NCBI RefSeq assembly: GCF_006345805.1
Contig: NC_043002.1
Coordinates: 110,112,001 to 110,176,000, forward strand
Reading direction: 5' to 3'
Origin: Octopus sinensis
Taxonomy: Eukaryota
Length of the DNA stretch: 64,000 bases
Of this stretch, positions 1 through 12,362 are shown piece by piece; position 1 is the stretch's first letter; every line of letters begins with the position of its first letter. A program made the translations under genes and the position numbers. The notes under the pieces are model-generated. The model had not been told where the DNA came from. It worked only from the letters and a program-made list of their open reading frames with translations, and did no database searches.

Positions 1-640
1 CTGTTACACTGGAAGGCTGCATCAGACTCCAGTCTGATTTAACATGGTTTTCTACAGCTGGATACCCTTCTTAATGCCAACCACCCTGAGAGTGTAATGG
101 GTGCTTTTACATGCCACCAGCATGGGTGCACTTGGTTTGACAGGTCCTCTCAAGGACAGCACATTGCTAAAGGTTCTTGGTCATTAGTCATTGTCTCTAT
201 GAGGCTCAAAGTTTGAAGATCATGCTTCTCCACTTCGTTCCATGTCTACTTCTATCACAGGTTCCCTCCACAATTAGAGATTGACACTTCTTTACACAGC
301 TGTCCTCGTCCATAAACACCACATGACCATACTAGCACAGTCATCTCTCTTGCACAACCCATCTGATGCCTCTTATGTCTAACTTTTCTCTCAAGATGCT
401 TACACTCTGTCAAACATGCACACTGACATTCCACATCCAGTGAAGCACACTGGCTTTATTTCTTTCAAGCCTGTGCATGACCTCAGCTTTCATAGTCCAT
501 GTTTCACTGCCATGTAGCATAGCTGTTCACACACAGGCATCAAACAATCTGCTTTTCACTCTGAGAGAGAGGCCTTTTGTTATATCTAGCCATAGAAAAT
601 CTGCTTCAGCGACACATGGAAACATGGAACAGGGATTATT
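1..640 (-). mobile_element. RTE LINE 3' fragment (family 1), degraded
   Basis: KGLSLRVKSRLFDACV matches KGLSLKVKGRLYDACV at 51.2 kb; 3' UTR motif gctggatacccttc at 57-70. Confidence 0.85.
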
Positions 641-802
641 AAATGACAACGGTAATGATATAGATACCACACACATTCCCACACACACATGCCCCCCACA
701 CACACACACTCACACACTCAAACACACAATCATTCAAACTATTTTCATAAATATGATGACATCTGTCAACTAAGATCATTCCAAAATTACAGGTACACTC
801 AC

Positions 803-922
803 CAGAGCACTGTTTGTTGTTCACAAGCTGGTATCCTGATTTACAGGAACATTTGTAGCTTCCAACTGAATTGAGACAGTTATGTTGGCAGCCACCATTT
901 CCTTTAGCACATTCATTTATAT
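803..922 (-). CDS. Gene 1 exon 11: calcium-binding EGF repeat (120 nt, phase 1-1)
   Basis: ttttccag/GTGAGT boundaries; translates (D)INECAKGNGGCQHNCLNSVGSYKCSCKSGYQLVNNKQCS with 6 Cys, D-x-N-E-C and C-x-N-x4-Y-x-C motifs; missed by the ORF track. Confidence 0.95.
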
Positions 923-1381
923 CTGGAAAATTACCATAGGAGAGAAAATTCTTGAAAATAATTCACACAAAGACACACGCAGATAGACATTTTCTATAAA
1001 AGAACGTATTTTCTTATTCTCAAAAGTACCTATATATATTTCCTTCAAACCTCCTGGATTAACAATGTGCAAAAAGGCTCAGGTCCTAAACCATTGTCCA
1101 CTATAGCCCATCCACCAACTGTGTTCAATTCACCTTCTACTCTACCACTCAACTTCTCCAGCATGCAACATGTCACAACATTCAGTTTCTCCAAGTTGAT
1201 TTAACTACATTTCCAATCTTTCCCAAATCCTGCCCCACTCATACATGAATACCTGATTTGCCGTTCCTTTGCTTCTAGTCAATCTCATCATGGAACCTCC
1301 ATCTTCCTACTCTCACTGCAAAAACTAACTTTTTGTCAACATCACTCCACAAGTGTAGATTCAAAATGTTTGGCTTCATTA

Positions 1382-1773
1382 TGGATGGATGGAAGCACTC
1401 CGTCGGTTACGACGCCAAGGGTTCCAGTTGATCCGAATCAATGGAACAGCCTGCTCGTGAAATTAACGTGTAAGTTGAGCACTCCACAGACACGTGTACC
1501 CATAACGTAGTTCTCGGGGATATTCAGCGTGACACAGAGAGTGACAAGGCCGGCCCTTTGAAATACAGGTACAACAGAAACGGGAAGTAAGAGTGAGAGA
1601 AAGTTGTGGTGAAAGAGTACAGCAGGGATCACCACCATCCCCTGCCGGAGCCTCGTGGAGCTATAGGTGTTTTCACTCAATAAACACTCACAACGCCCGG
1701 TCTGGGAATCAAAACCGCGATCCTATGACCGCGAGTCCGCTGCCCTAGCCACTGGGCCATTGCGCCTCCACAC
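1382..1773 (-). mobile_element. tRNA-derived SINE family A
   Basis: Head GGAGGCGCAATGGCCCAGTGG..GGTTTTGATTCC (A/B boxes); 13-bp TSD tttggcttcatta (1369-1381, 1774-1786). Confidence 0.92.
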
Positions 1774-1991
1774 TTTGGCTTCATTAGTAGCTCCATTGTA
1801 CAATACCACTGTGTACTGCACAACAAAAAGCTGTAATTTGTTTGATACCTAGCAGACAGCTCCAGATAAAAAGTTTCCAATGTTCATTACAAGAGCTCCA
1901 ATTACCCAAATTTATACCTCACCATTTCAACAATTCATTTCACAAATTATTTGGGATCTGATTACAAGATTTAGATATACTTAATTGAACA

Positions 1992-2320
1992 TCATCATCA
2001 TCATCATCATCATTTAGCGTCCGCTTTCCATGCTAGCATGGGTTGGACGGTTCAACTGGGGTCTGGGAAGCCAGAAGGCTGCACCAGGCCCAGTTTGATC
2101 TGGCAATGTTTCTACGGCTGGATGCCCTTCCTAACGCCAACCACTCGTGAGTGTAATGGGTGCTTTTTACGTGCCAGACAAGTTTGGCAAACGGTCACGA
2201 TCGGATGGTGCTTTTTATGTGCCACCAGCACGGGGGCCAGGCGAGGCTGGCAACGGCCACGAACGGATGGTGCTTATTACGTGCCACCGGCACGAGGCCA
2301 GTCGGGGCGGCGCTGGCAAA
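1992..2320 (-). mobile_element. RTE family 1 3' UTR, (GAT)n tail
   Basis: catcatcatttagcgtccgctttccatgc..ctggatgcccttcctaacgccaacc plus ~60-bp subrepeats; other copies at 14025-14257, 46355-46547, 48478-48715. Confidence 0.85.
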
Positions 2321-2775
2321 TTTAATTATGCAAAATTAGCAATTCAAAGTTGTATAGAGACTTAGAAACTGTTTTAGGCTCAATAATCAGTTACTACTTT
2401 ACTCCAGTCACATTAATTAACAGTGTTGATTAACTAGATCCCATGATATCAACTTTTCGGAGACTGATAGTAATTTAGAAAGGTAATTTATTAACTACAA
2501 CACTGTTTAGAAAATTCTCATTGTGATTGATGAATAAAATAAATCACTCTATACATTAACTTGATATAACAGCTGCTATTCTATAACCTCTTAGGTAATA
2601 TTTTAACTTTCATCTTTAGTAATCTAATTAAGTCTAAAGATGCAGTTGCATTTTGGGAACCATAAATTTAGACAAACAAGACCAACAAAGTATAAAAGAC
2701 ATACTTTTATTAATGAGATGTTTCAATATAAACAAAAGGTTTTTTAAAAAAAATGATGGATAATATATAACTTAC

Positions 2776-2895
2776 CTACACACTTTTTACCATTGCTAAG
2801 TTTATAACCAAGTTTACACTGACAGTGGTAGCTTCCTTGTGTGTTATTACAAATATGCTGACATCCACCATTTGACTTGGAACATTCATTGATAT
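2776..2895 (-). CDS. Gene 1 exon 10: calcium-binding EGF repeat (120 nt, phase 1-1)
   Basis: tattctag/GTAAGT boundaries; (D)[39 protein letters not shown]; lies inside ORF 2744..2935. Confidence 0.95.
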   Translation of the reverse strand: MSMNVPSQMVDVSIFVITHKEATTVSVNLVINLAMVKSV

Positions 2896-3037
2896 CTAGA
2901 ATAGAACATAATACCAGATAATTGAATGAATACATTTATGTACATATACATAGATGCAATATAAAAGACTGAGTATTGTGAAAGAATGAATATTTCTTTA
3001 GGCTTGAATGAATGCCTAAACTCTTCTATACCTATTT

Positions 3038-3449
3038 ACTCTCTTTTACTCTTTTACTTGTTTCAGTTATTTGACTGCAGCCATGCTGGAGCACCACCTT
3101 TAATCGAGCAACTCGACCCCGGGACTTATTCTTTGTAAGCCCAGTACTTATTCTATCAGTCTCTTTTTGCCGAACCGCTAAGTAACGGGGACATAAACAC
3201 ACCAGCATCGGTTGTCAAGCAATGCTAGGGGGACAAACACCGACATACAAACACACACACAAACATATATATATATACATATATACGATGGACTTCTTTC
3301 AGTTTCCGTCTACCAAATCCACTCACAAGGCTTTGGTCGGCCCGAGGCTATAGTAGAAGACACTTGCCCCAGGTGCCATGCAGTGGGACTGAACCCGGAA
3401 CCATGTGGCTGGTAAACAAGCTACTTACCACACAGCCACTCCGGCGCCT
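3038..3449 (-). mobile_element. tRNA-derived SINE family B (~410 bp, internal TA/TG microsatellite, GTAAAAGA tail)
   Basis: Head GGCGC.GGAGTGGCTGTGTGG..GGTTCAGTCC; more than 12 copies in the window. Confidence 0.9.
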
Positions 3450-3786
3450 ATATTGTAGTTGGAGTTATTTTTGTAACTGGACAGCTTTCCTGCTGGTAGT
3501 CACTTATAGATCTGGTGTTTTAGTAAGGTATGGATTCATAACAGTTCAGTTGGTAGTCAGATACATTTACCTTAACTCCGAAGCAACTCATATAGAATTA
3601 AGACAGTTTTAAATTGATAACTAGTATATACATTTAATACTTATGGATATAGCTAATAAAGAAATTCTTAGTAAAAAAGCAAAATAAAGATATATATTAT
3701 ATTTACAAATGGTAATGACAGTTATATTACTTAACTTAAAAAGTAAATATTTAATAAAATTATGAAAGTAATAAAATTAATCTTAC

Positions 3787-3804
3787 CTTTACAGATTCCC
3801 ACAT
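3787..3804 (-). CDS. Gene 1 exon 9: 18-nt micro-exon (D)VGICK, phase 1-1
   Basis: tattatattttccag ATGTGGGAATCTGTAAAG gtaaga; supplies the Cys expected after CCPGF and joins in frame to DINEC. Confidence 0.7.
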
Positions 3805-3844
3805 CTGGAAAATATAATATTATTATTATTATTACTACTAATAC

Positions 3845-3882
<38 letters not shown>

Positions 3883-3911
3883 GTAGTAGTAGTAGTAGTA
3901 GTAGTAGTAGG

Positions 3912-4531
3912 GGGACAAGCTGACAGAATCGTTAGTATGCTGAACGAAATGCTTAACAGTATTTTGTCCATTGTTATGGTATGAGTTCAAACTCTGCTGA
4001 GGTCAACTTGACTTTGCACCCTTTCGGGGTTGATAAATAAAGTACTAGTTGAGTACTAGGGGCCGATGTAATTGAATAGTCCCTGACCCCTAATTTCGGG
4101 CCTTTTGCCTATTGTAGAAAGGACTGTCTGCTGGCATTTCGTTCTGAGTTCAAATTCCAGCGAGGTTGACTTTGCCTTTCATTCTTTTGGGGTTGATTAA
4201 ATATGTACCAGTTATGCACTGGGGTCGATGTAATCGACTTAATCCTTGTTTGTCTGTCCTTGTTTGTCCCCTCTACATTTAGATCCTTGTGGGCAATAAA
4301 GGAATGAATTATTATCATTATTATTAAGGCAGCGAGCTGGCAGAATTGTTAGCATGCCGAGGGAAATGTTCAGTGGCATTTCATTTGTCCTTATAGTCTA
4401 AGTTCAAATCCTGCTATGGTCAACTTTGCCTTTAGCCTTTCGGGGTTGATGAAATAAAGTACCACTTGCGTACTGATGCTGATTTAGTCAACTAGCTCCC
4501 TCTCCACAATTTCAAGCCTTCTACCTATAGA
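3912..4531 (+). mobile_element. Cluster of three diverged SINE family C copies
   Basis: GAGTTCAAAT B-box and gactttgcctttcatcctttcggggt core recur at ~3985, ~4147 and ~4400. Confidence 0.75.
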
Positions 4532-4555
4532 AAATGGAATATTATTATTATTATT

Positions 4556-5537
4556 GTCTTTGCACAGCTTCTAATGCTGGAGATATACTATGGTGTCAAC
4601 TGTTCACTACCAGTGAACTAAGGAAACACCACTTATTTTTCGGGCACCTTCTGGAGTATTCGAGCAGTTCCAAGCAGTGCTGTTTTCTGCAAGTGCTCCA
4701 CCTTTATTGCAGCCCCTATTTGTTCCATATACTTCTCAAGATTTTTACTCACTGTTCCCAAGGCTCTGACAATTATTGGTACCACTATCACCTTTTCATC
4801 GACCACAACTGCTTAACTTCCCAAGCTAATCTGTCATATCTATCTACTTTTCTTTCTTTCTTATCACATACCTTGTTGTCAGCTGGGCATGCTATATCTA
4901 TGATCCAGCATAGTTTGCTTTCTTTCTCAATTAAGACTATGTCTAGCTTCCTATTCTCTATCTCATGGTCGCACTGAATCATAAAATCCCACAGGATCTT
5001 TGCATTATCATTTTTGATGATGCCTTCAGGTTTGTGGTCATACCAATTTTTTGCTCTGTCAAGTCCATACATGTTGCAAAGTGTCCAATAGACAAGCCTT
5101 GCTATATTGTCGTGGCATCTCTTATACTCCTTCTGGGCTAGTGGCATACATTGACTGGAAATATACCATATGGTTTTACCATTTTGTCCACAGATTCTGC
5201 ACTTATCACTTTCTGATGTGCTGTCTATTCTGTATTTTATGTAGTTTGTTCTTAGTGCTTGCTCAAGGTCAGCGTGGATTAGAGCCTCTGTTTCCAGTTT
5301 TAAATCACTTTTAGTCATCCATTGCCATCCTTTTTCTCTTTCTGTCTTATCTTCAACATCTCTATGAAATTGTCCATGCATTCTTTTCTTTACCCACCTA
5401 TTTTCAGTTTCATTTGTTTTCAATTGCTTGTACAGTGCTTTATCTTTGCAAACTTTCATCCTGCACAAGTCTGATCGTCTTACTTCTAATAATAGTGGTT
5501 TTTACATACCATGCTATGTTGTTTCCTTCTGCTCTAG
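4556..5537 (-). mobile_element. R4/Dong-clade non-LTR retrotransposon 3' part (restriction-like endonuclease)
   Basis: CRICG..ETI..I.S.C..LAQKEYKRCHDNIA, LWDFMIQCDH, K.DIV.IEK, IIDIACP motifs; (TAA)n tail. Confidence 0.85.
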
Positions 5538-5563
5538 TGAATAACATAAATTCATACAAACCC

Positions 5564-5815
5564 TTGAGAAGCAGTTGGATGGAACTTACACTCGCCTCCT
5601 TATGAGAGCTCAAAATCTCTCATGGAAGCGTCATCCAACCAAAGTACAAATATATGGGAAATTACCACCTGTATCATCTCTTGTGAAAAGTAGAAGAGTC
5701 CAGTTTGCTGGACATTGTTGTAGAGCTGAAAACGAGGTAATTTCTACTCTTCTCCTCTGGAAGCCATCTACTCGCAATACCAGAAGGTGCACACTCTCCT
5801 ATTCTGATGTAATCA
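5564..5815 (+). mobile_element. RTE family 2 3' fragment
   Basis: DGTYTRLLMRAQNLSWKRHPTK..FAGHCCRAENE, matches 29254-30288. Confidence 0.85.
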
Positions 5816-6590
5816 GACACTTGATTCCCAGTTAATTCAGTCCCTGGATGATAAATTCCATGAAGGAAGCTTTGTCATTCATAGTTGAAAGCAGCAGGTA
5901 GATTATATATGTGGTTTACTAACTTGTATAGCTGAGCTTAATATCTTCACCTTCATGCATTTTGAGAGGGCAATGGGTACTCATCCTAGTATATCACCTA
6001 CCAAATCTCCCCTTAAGTATAGTTTCTATGAAATCCCAGCAACTGAAGTAAAACTAGTGATATTGTGATATTGTCTTCATAGTATGTTTCAGTTTAGTAT
6101 TCATATGGTTTTTGATTGTTTGGTTAATACACAGAGAATAGTGGTGAAAGAAATTAACAGCTATTCTTTTATAATTAGTGTATATGCTAAATATGATGCT
6201 GCATTGATGTTAGCTGATAGTAATTGAATATTTAATAGAGGTATTGGTGTTCTACATCTTCTTACATATCCAATACCACACTTTGGGAATTAAAAATTAA
6301 GTAAAATGTCACTTTCCCAATTCAGAATAACTGACACAAAAGGACTTGTGTGCATACATGCTTACATGTATGTATACGTGTGCATGTACATGCATGTTTA
6401 CATACATATATCAGATATATATATGCATGTATACACACATAAATACAAACATACTATATATATACATTCATGCACACACCTGCTTACATTTATACATATA
6501 TAGATACATGTATCCATACACACATACACATGCAACTTAATAATTCATGAACCTTTTGTGATTGTCAGCAACTCAATAAATAGCACTTAC

Positions 6591-6652
6591 CGATTTCAGT
6601 AAATCCTGGACAACACTTGACACATTTTTGTTTTTTCAGATAATATTTAGTA
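6591..6652 (-). CDS. Gene 1 exon 8: EMI-like C-terminal part (62 nt, phase 2-1)
   Basis: ttctatttcaag/GTAAGT; (C)TKYYLKKQKCVKCCPGFTEI; CCPGF resembles the CCxG[WYF] motif of EMI domains. Confidence 0.8.
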
Positions 6653-6742
6653 CTTGAAATAGAAGAAGAAATCTTTTAGTCATTGTACTGTCAAAATATA
6701 TAATGATGATGAGGATGATGATGAGGATGATAATGATGATTA

Positions 6743-7164
6743 TACTCTTTACTCTTTACTCTTTTACTTGTTTCAGTCATTTGACTGCGGCCATGCTGGA
6801 GCACCGCCTTTAGTCGAGCAAATCGACCACGGGACTTATTCTTTGTAAGCCCAGTACTTATTCTATCAGTCTCTTTTGCCGAACCGCTAAGTGACGGGGA
6901 CGTAAATACACCAGCATTGGTTGTCAAGCAATGCTAGGGGGACAAACAGACACACAAGCACCCACACACATACATATATATATATATATACACATATATA
7001 CGACAGGCTTCTTTCAGTTTCCGTCTACCAAATCCACTCACAATGCATTGGTCGGCCTGGAGCTATAGCAGAAGACACTTGCCCAAGGTCCCATGCAGTG
7101 GGACTGAACCCGGAACCATGTGGTTGGTTAGTAAGCTACTTACCACACAGCCACTCCTGCGCCT
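6743..7164 (-). mobile_element. SINE family B
   Basis: High identity to 3038-3449. Confidence 0.9.
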
Positions 7165-7727
7165 ATTATGATGATGATTCTTGTCATTTGTCACAATGAG
7201 GATGAATGAGGGGACGAACAGTGAGAGATTACAAAAACTGACGGTTTACATGAAAAACAAAAATATAAGGAATTTACAATATGGAACATCCAATCAGAGA
7301 ACAGCCACATAGAGCAAACTGAATACAGCCACAAATACATGTTTACCCTAACCACCAAAGGCAAGTACCCTCTCCTAGCCATCTTCTCTGTCCTACAGCT
7401 GGATGCTGAAAGTAGATTCATTCATGCAGGCCGTTCTTGTCACTCATGCATCTTCTTGCAAATTTACAGTAAGAAAGCAACTTGCCCAAGGTGCCACGCA
7501 GTGGGACTGAACCCGGAACCATGTGGTTGGTAAGCAAATCCCTATTCGCCTTCTCTTAGTAGAACTCGAAGAATTTGATGAAGTTTTGGCTGAAGAGGAA
7601 TGAGTTTGTCTTCGGGGGTTTTTAATGTTGTCTGCCAATCTTTTGCTAGGGTACTAGAAAGTGAAATTCTGTTTGCCGTTTCTGGTTGAAGATAAGTGGT
7701 GGAGCAATCCTCACAATAGTTGCAACT

Positions 7728-9079
7728 GATGGCCAGATGTCTCCTAAACATCTCAACAGCTGTCAGCTGCCTCTGCCCAAGCTTTCGAGGACAATTTCCC
7801 TTCACCCTATTTCTGGGTGACACTGGCCAGACTAAGCATGCAATTTGCAAAAGTTCAGAAAGGTAGCCTTTTAGGCTGACCATTGGGCTATACAACGAAA
7901 TGATCTAGCTTCTGCTATATATTAATGAATGGTGAGCTGGCAGAACCGTTAGCATGCCGGGCGAAATGCGTAGCCGTATTTCGTCTACCATTACGTTCTG
8001 AGTTCAAATTCCGCCGAGGTCGACTTTGCCTTTCATCCTTTCGGGGTCGATGAATTAAGTATCAGTTACGCACTGGGGTCGATATAATCGACTTAAATTC
8101 GTTTGTCTGTTCTTGTTTGTCTCCTCTATGTTTAGCCCCTTGTGGGTAGTAAAGAAACATATATATTAATGAACATTATTATAGACAGTTGCTAATGCTG
8201 GTGATCAGTGCATAGAGTTTGATTAGATAGTATAACTAGCATGATGAATGCCCTTCCAATCATGGCTGTGTGGTTATGATACTTGTTTTGCAATCACCAC
8301 ATGGATTAGAGTTCCATTAAAGTGCATGGAAGTCATGGGCAAATCAATGCTTTGTTAGTGAAATTTGGTTGACGGAAAAAGTAAAGAAGCTTATCATGTA
8401 TATCTACATTTATATCCATCTATTTCTTTAAATGTGTGTGTGCATGCACATACAAAGCATTGATTTGCCCATGACTGCCATGCACTTTAATGGAACTCTA
8501 ATCCATATGGTGATTGCAAAACAAGTATCATAACCACACAGCCATGATTGGAAGGGCATTCATCATGCTAGTTATACTATCTAATCAAACTCTATGCACT
8601 GATCACCAGCATTAGCAACTGTCTATAATAATGTTCATTAATATATATGTTTCTTTACTACCCACAAGGGGCTAAACATAGAGGAGACAAACAAGAACAG
8701 ACAAATGAATTTAAGTCGATTATATCGACCCCAGTGCGTAACTGGTACTTAATTCATCGACCCCGAAAGGATGAAAGGCAAAGTCGACCTCGGCGGAATT
8801 TGAACTCAGAACGTAATGGTAGACGAAATACGGCTACGCATTTCGCCCGGCATGCTAACGGTTCTGCCAGCTCACCATTCATTAATATATAGCAGAAGCT
8901 AGATCCTTTCGTTGTATAGCCCAATGGTCAGCCTAAAAGGCTACCTTTCTGAACTTTTGCAAATTGCATGCTTAGTCTGGCCAGTGTCACCCAGAAATAG
9001 GGTGAAGGGAAATTGTCCTCGAAAGCTTGGGCAGAGGTAGCTGACAGCTGTTGTGATGTTTAGGAGACATCTGGCCATC
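7728..9079. repeat. Long inverted duplication, 628-bp arms, 96-bp spacer
   Basis: 7728-8355 is the reverse complement of 8452-9079; I counted 7 substitutions (not exhaustive). Confidence 0.95.
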
Positions 9080-9576
9080 TTTGTTTTCATATATCTTCAC
9101 ATTATCGCTGTTTGAGTAGCTGCACCTTTGTTTATGCCTTCTATAAGATAAAGTGTTTTGGAGGCCAAATGCTTGGCTGGTTTCTTGGAATGCAAATAAG
9201 TTTCGGTTTCAGGGAAGGCATCCAGCCAGTGGCCATTCCATGTCACATAGAAAAAGCAAACATAAAAATGATGATGAAGATGATTACACATTTAATGAAC
9301 AATATGGTGAGAATGGAAACTTTAGTGACCCAATTGTTGTTTTTCAGCCAAAGGTGTCAGCTCTGATCAAACAGACCAAAGACGTATCAGCTGTGACCAT
9401 CTTGTCTTTGATTTTTAAGGCATAAAGTAATTAAGGCTCTATTAACTGATGCAGCCTTCTCTTTTAAAGATGGTAGGGTGTGAGTTGAGAGTGTTTAACT
9501 ATTCTTTCTGGTTGGTTATGTAACTTCTTTGTTGGCTCATCCCATGACCTAGTTTCATCATTCCATTGTAGCTCTT

Positions 9577-9955
9577 TACTCTTTTAATTGTTTCATTTGA
9601 CTGTGGCCATGCTGGAGCACCGCCTTTAGTCGAGCAAATTGACCCCAGGACTTATTCTTTGTAAGCCTAGTACTTATTCTATCGGTCTCTTTTGCCGAAC
9701 TGCTAAGTTACGGGGATGTAAACGCACCAGCATCGGTTGTCAAGCAATGTTGGGGGGGGGCAAACAGAAACACATAAACACACACACATATACATATATA
9801 TATACATATACATATATACGACGGGCTTCTTTCAGTTTCCGTCTAGCAAATCCACTCAGAAGTCTTTGGTTGGCCCAAGGCTATAATAGAAGACACTTGC
9901 CCGGAACCCTGTGGCTGGTAAGCAAGCTACTTACCACACAGCCACTCCTACGCCT
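9577..9955 (-). mobile_element. SINE family B (internal deletion)
   Basis: Identity to family B. Confidence 0.88.
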
Positions 9956-10536
9956 ATTCATCATTACTACTTATTTTGATAATATTTTTGAGAACCTCTA
10001 AGAAAAGCATGAATGTCATTCTATTTCATCATATTTTTATTGATTTTTGAGTAAAAATATCAATAAATAAAACTCCAAAATACAGTTTCTATATTTTCAA
10101 AAATGAAACATTATTAATTAGGGTTCATAATTATACTTAATTGCTATGATCATAATGAGTTTATTTAACTTATACCACAAATATTTTTCAAATTTGCTTC
10201 AGGAAACTAGTGAATAACTTGATTCAGTGCAGCTTGTGTTACTTGGTTTACTTTCTTTAGGTAATTCTAGATATTTTGAACGTTAAAAATGAGTGGTTAC
10301 AAAATTTATATTTTAGTGCATTATCCTCATCATAATCATTGCTTTCATTTTAAAATCTGATTCTTCTGCAAGTATTGTTTTCTTCCTTTCTTCTATAGAT
10401 TCCTAATATTTTTCTTGCTTTTGAATATGACATAAGATGGGTAAGTTTGTAAATTTCAATATTTACCAGTGTTCATGTAACAAGTTTTGTATTTTTATAG
10501 CTGCATAAAATACTACATAGTAGTATTTAATAATAA

Positions 10537-10768
10537 AGGCAGCCAGCTGGCAGAGACGTTAGCACGCCGGGCGAAATGCTTAGCGGTATTTCGTCTGCGT
10601 TATGTTGTGAGTTCAAATTCCGCCGAGGTCGACTTTGCCTTTCATCCTTTCGGGGTCGATAAATTAAGTACCAGTTTCGCACTGGGGTCAATGTAATCGA
10701 CTTAATACCTATGTCTGTCCTTGTTTGTACCCTCTGTGTTTAGCCCCTTGTGGGTAATAAAGAAATAA
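10537..10768 (+). mobile_element. SINE family C (~235 bp)
   Basis: aaggcagccagctggcag..gagttcaaattccgccgaggtcgac..taaagaaata; also at 7930-8158 (+) and 8649-8877 (-) in the inverted duplication. Confidence 0.9.
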
Positions 10769-11250
10769 GTATTTAATAATAAAAAAAAAATTGAAGTAGG
10801 GCTTCCAAAACTTCCTCCTCTAATGTTATAAATGATTTCTACTCTTTAAGGTGTTTTATTGCACCTGTCTGTTTGCATTTCATTATTTCAACTGTATTGT
10901 TCCTGTATCCCATGCTAGGGAATATCTGTTCTTTAATCATTGGCTCCCAGAGATTTTGCATAAAGCTTTGGTTTCAGTAACATAAAGCAGATGAAAGATC
11001 TCCCTTGGGATAAAGTACAACAAGCTTTTCCTTAGGAATGACTAAATTTCACATTGAAATCGAACAAATCTCTTGCTAATTCTTCAGTTCAACTGTTGAC
11101 CACAGCAGTGAATTATGCTATCTGTGTAACCTGCTCAGGTGAACTCAACTCTAATTTTTTCTCATTCTGATAGACTACTAATGCAAAATATTGTATTGTC
11201 ATTCTTAACCGTTTGCTGACAGTATGAAAATATATATTCTCTGTTTTAAA

Positions 11251-11469
11251 ACTTCATTTTTACAAACGATAATTTTGCAATGCAATATCTGTGATAATCA
11301 AATAAAATATGAAATTTCACAGTTTAAACTGTTGTTTGAGTAGGTAGGGAGAGAAAGTGTTTTTCTTTTTTCCTAATGTTCAAAATGTTTACTTAAATCC
11401 TTAAATCATTTATTTTATTTGATTATCACAGATATTGCATTGCAAAATTATTGTTTGTGAAAATGAAGT
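11251..11469. repeat. 59-bp inverted repeats around a 101-bp loop
   Basis: 11251-11309 vs 11411-11469, 2 mismatches; loop 11310-11407 matches 12961-13058. Confidence 0.85.
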
Positions 11470-11974
11470 ACTTTATAATACCCACCGAAGCTAAACCTCA
11501 TTAGCTTCCACAAACTAAAACTTGGAGGCATGAGGATGTCCCACAAAATGATGATGCACAATGAATTGGACTTGATTAATTTACACAGAAAAGCTGATGA
11601 TGTCATGAAGAAATGAAATGATACCGTAAGTAATTTTACTAACTGTCAAGTATATATCAATATTTTTAAAAATCATTTTATCACTGATTGATAAAAAAAA
11701 TGAGACAAATTTATTTCTGTAACAATATTGAAAGTTTACACCAGTTTACTGTCTATACAACTTATCTTAGCTTCAAGAAAAGTAGAAGGTGAAACCTTTC
11801 AATTTGGTTTGAAGTTTTGGGCATAAAAAGTATTAAAGGCAGATGATAGTATCTCTGGAGTAAAGTAAGCTTTTGCAATCTTTACCTGATCTTTCAGAGA
11901 CAGCTTCCTCTTATTGCTTTCCTTTCTAAGCTTTGCCTCCTTAACTCACTTATCCTAGTTTGTGTCTGGATAGT

Positions 11975-12362
11975 GTTATTGGAAGCACTCCGTCGGTTAC
12001 GACGACGAGGGTTCCGGTTGATCCAAATCAACGGAACAGCCTGCTCGTGAAATTAATGTGTAAGTGGCTGAGCACTCCACAGATATGTGTACCCTTAACG
12101 CAGTTCTCGGGGATATTCAGCGTGACACAGAGAGTGACAAGGCCAGCCCTTTGAAATACAGGTACAACAGAAACAGGAAGTAAGAGTGAGAGAAAGTTGT
12201 GGTGAAAGAGTACAGCAGGGATCAACGCCATCCCCTGCCGGAGCCTCGTGGAGCTATAGGTGTTTTCGCTCAATAAACACTCACAACGCCCGGTCTGGGA
12301 ATCGAAACCGCGATCCTACGACCGCGAGTCCGCTGCCCTAACCACTGGGCCATTGCGCCTCC
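11975..12362 (-). mobile_element. SINE family A
   Basis: Same sequence as 1382-1773; 11-bp TSD gtctggatagt. Confidence 0.92.

Noticed and set aside
1667-1773. tRNA-like A/B boxes in SINE heads
   Set aside because: No complete cloverleaf; part of multi-copy SINEs with TSDs, not tRNA genes
10399-10440. Plus-strand exon-like 42-mer (IPNIFLAFEYDIRW) with good AG/GTAAGT
   Set aside because: No recognisable homology, and I could not chain it with other plus-strand candidates; such signals arise by chance in AT-rich DNA
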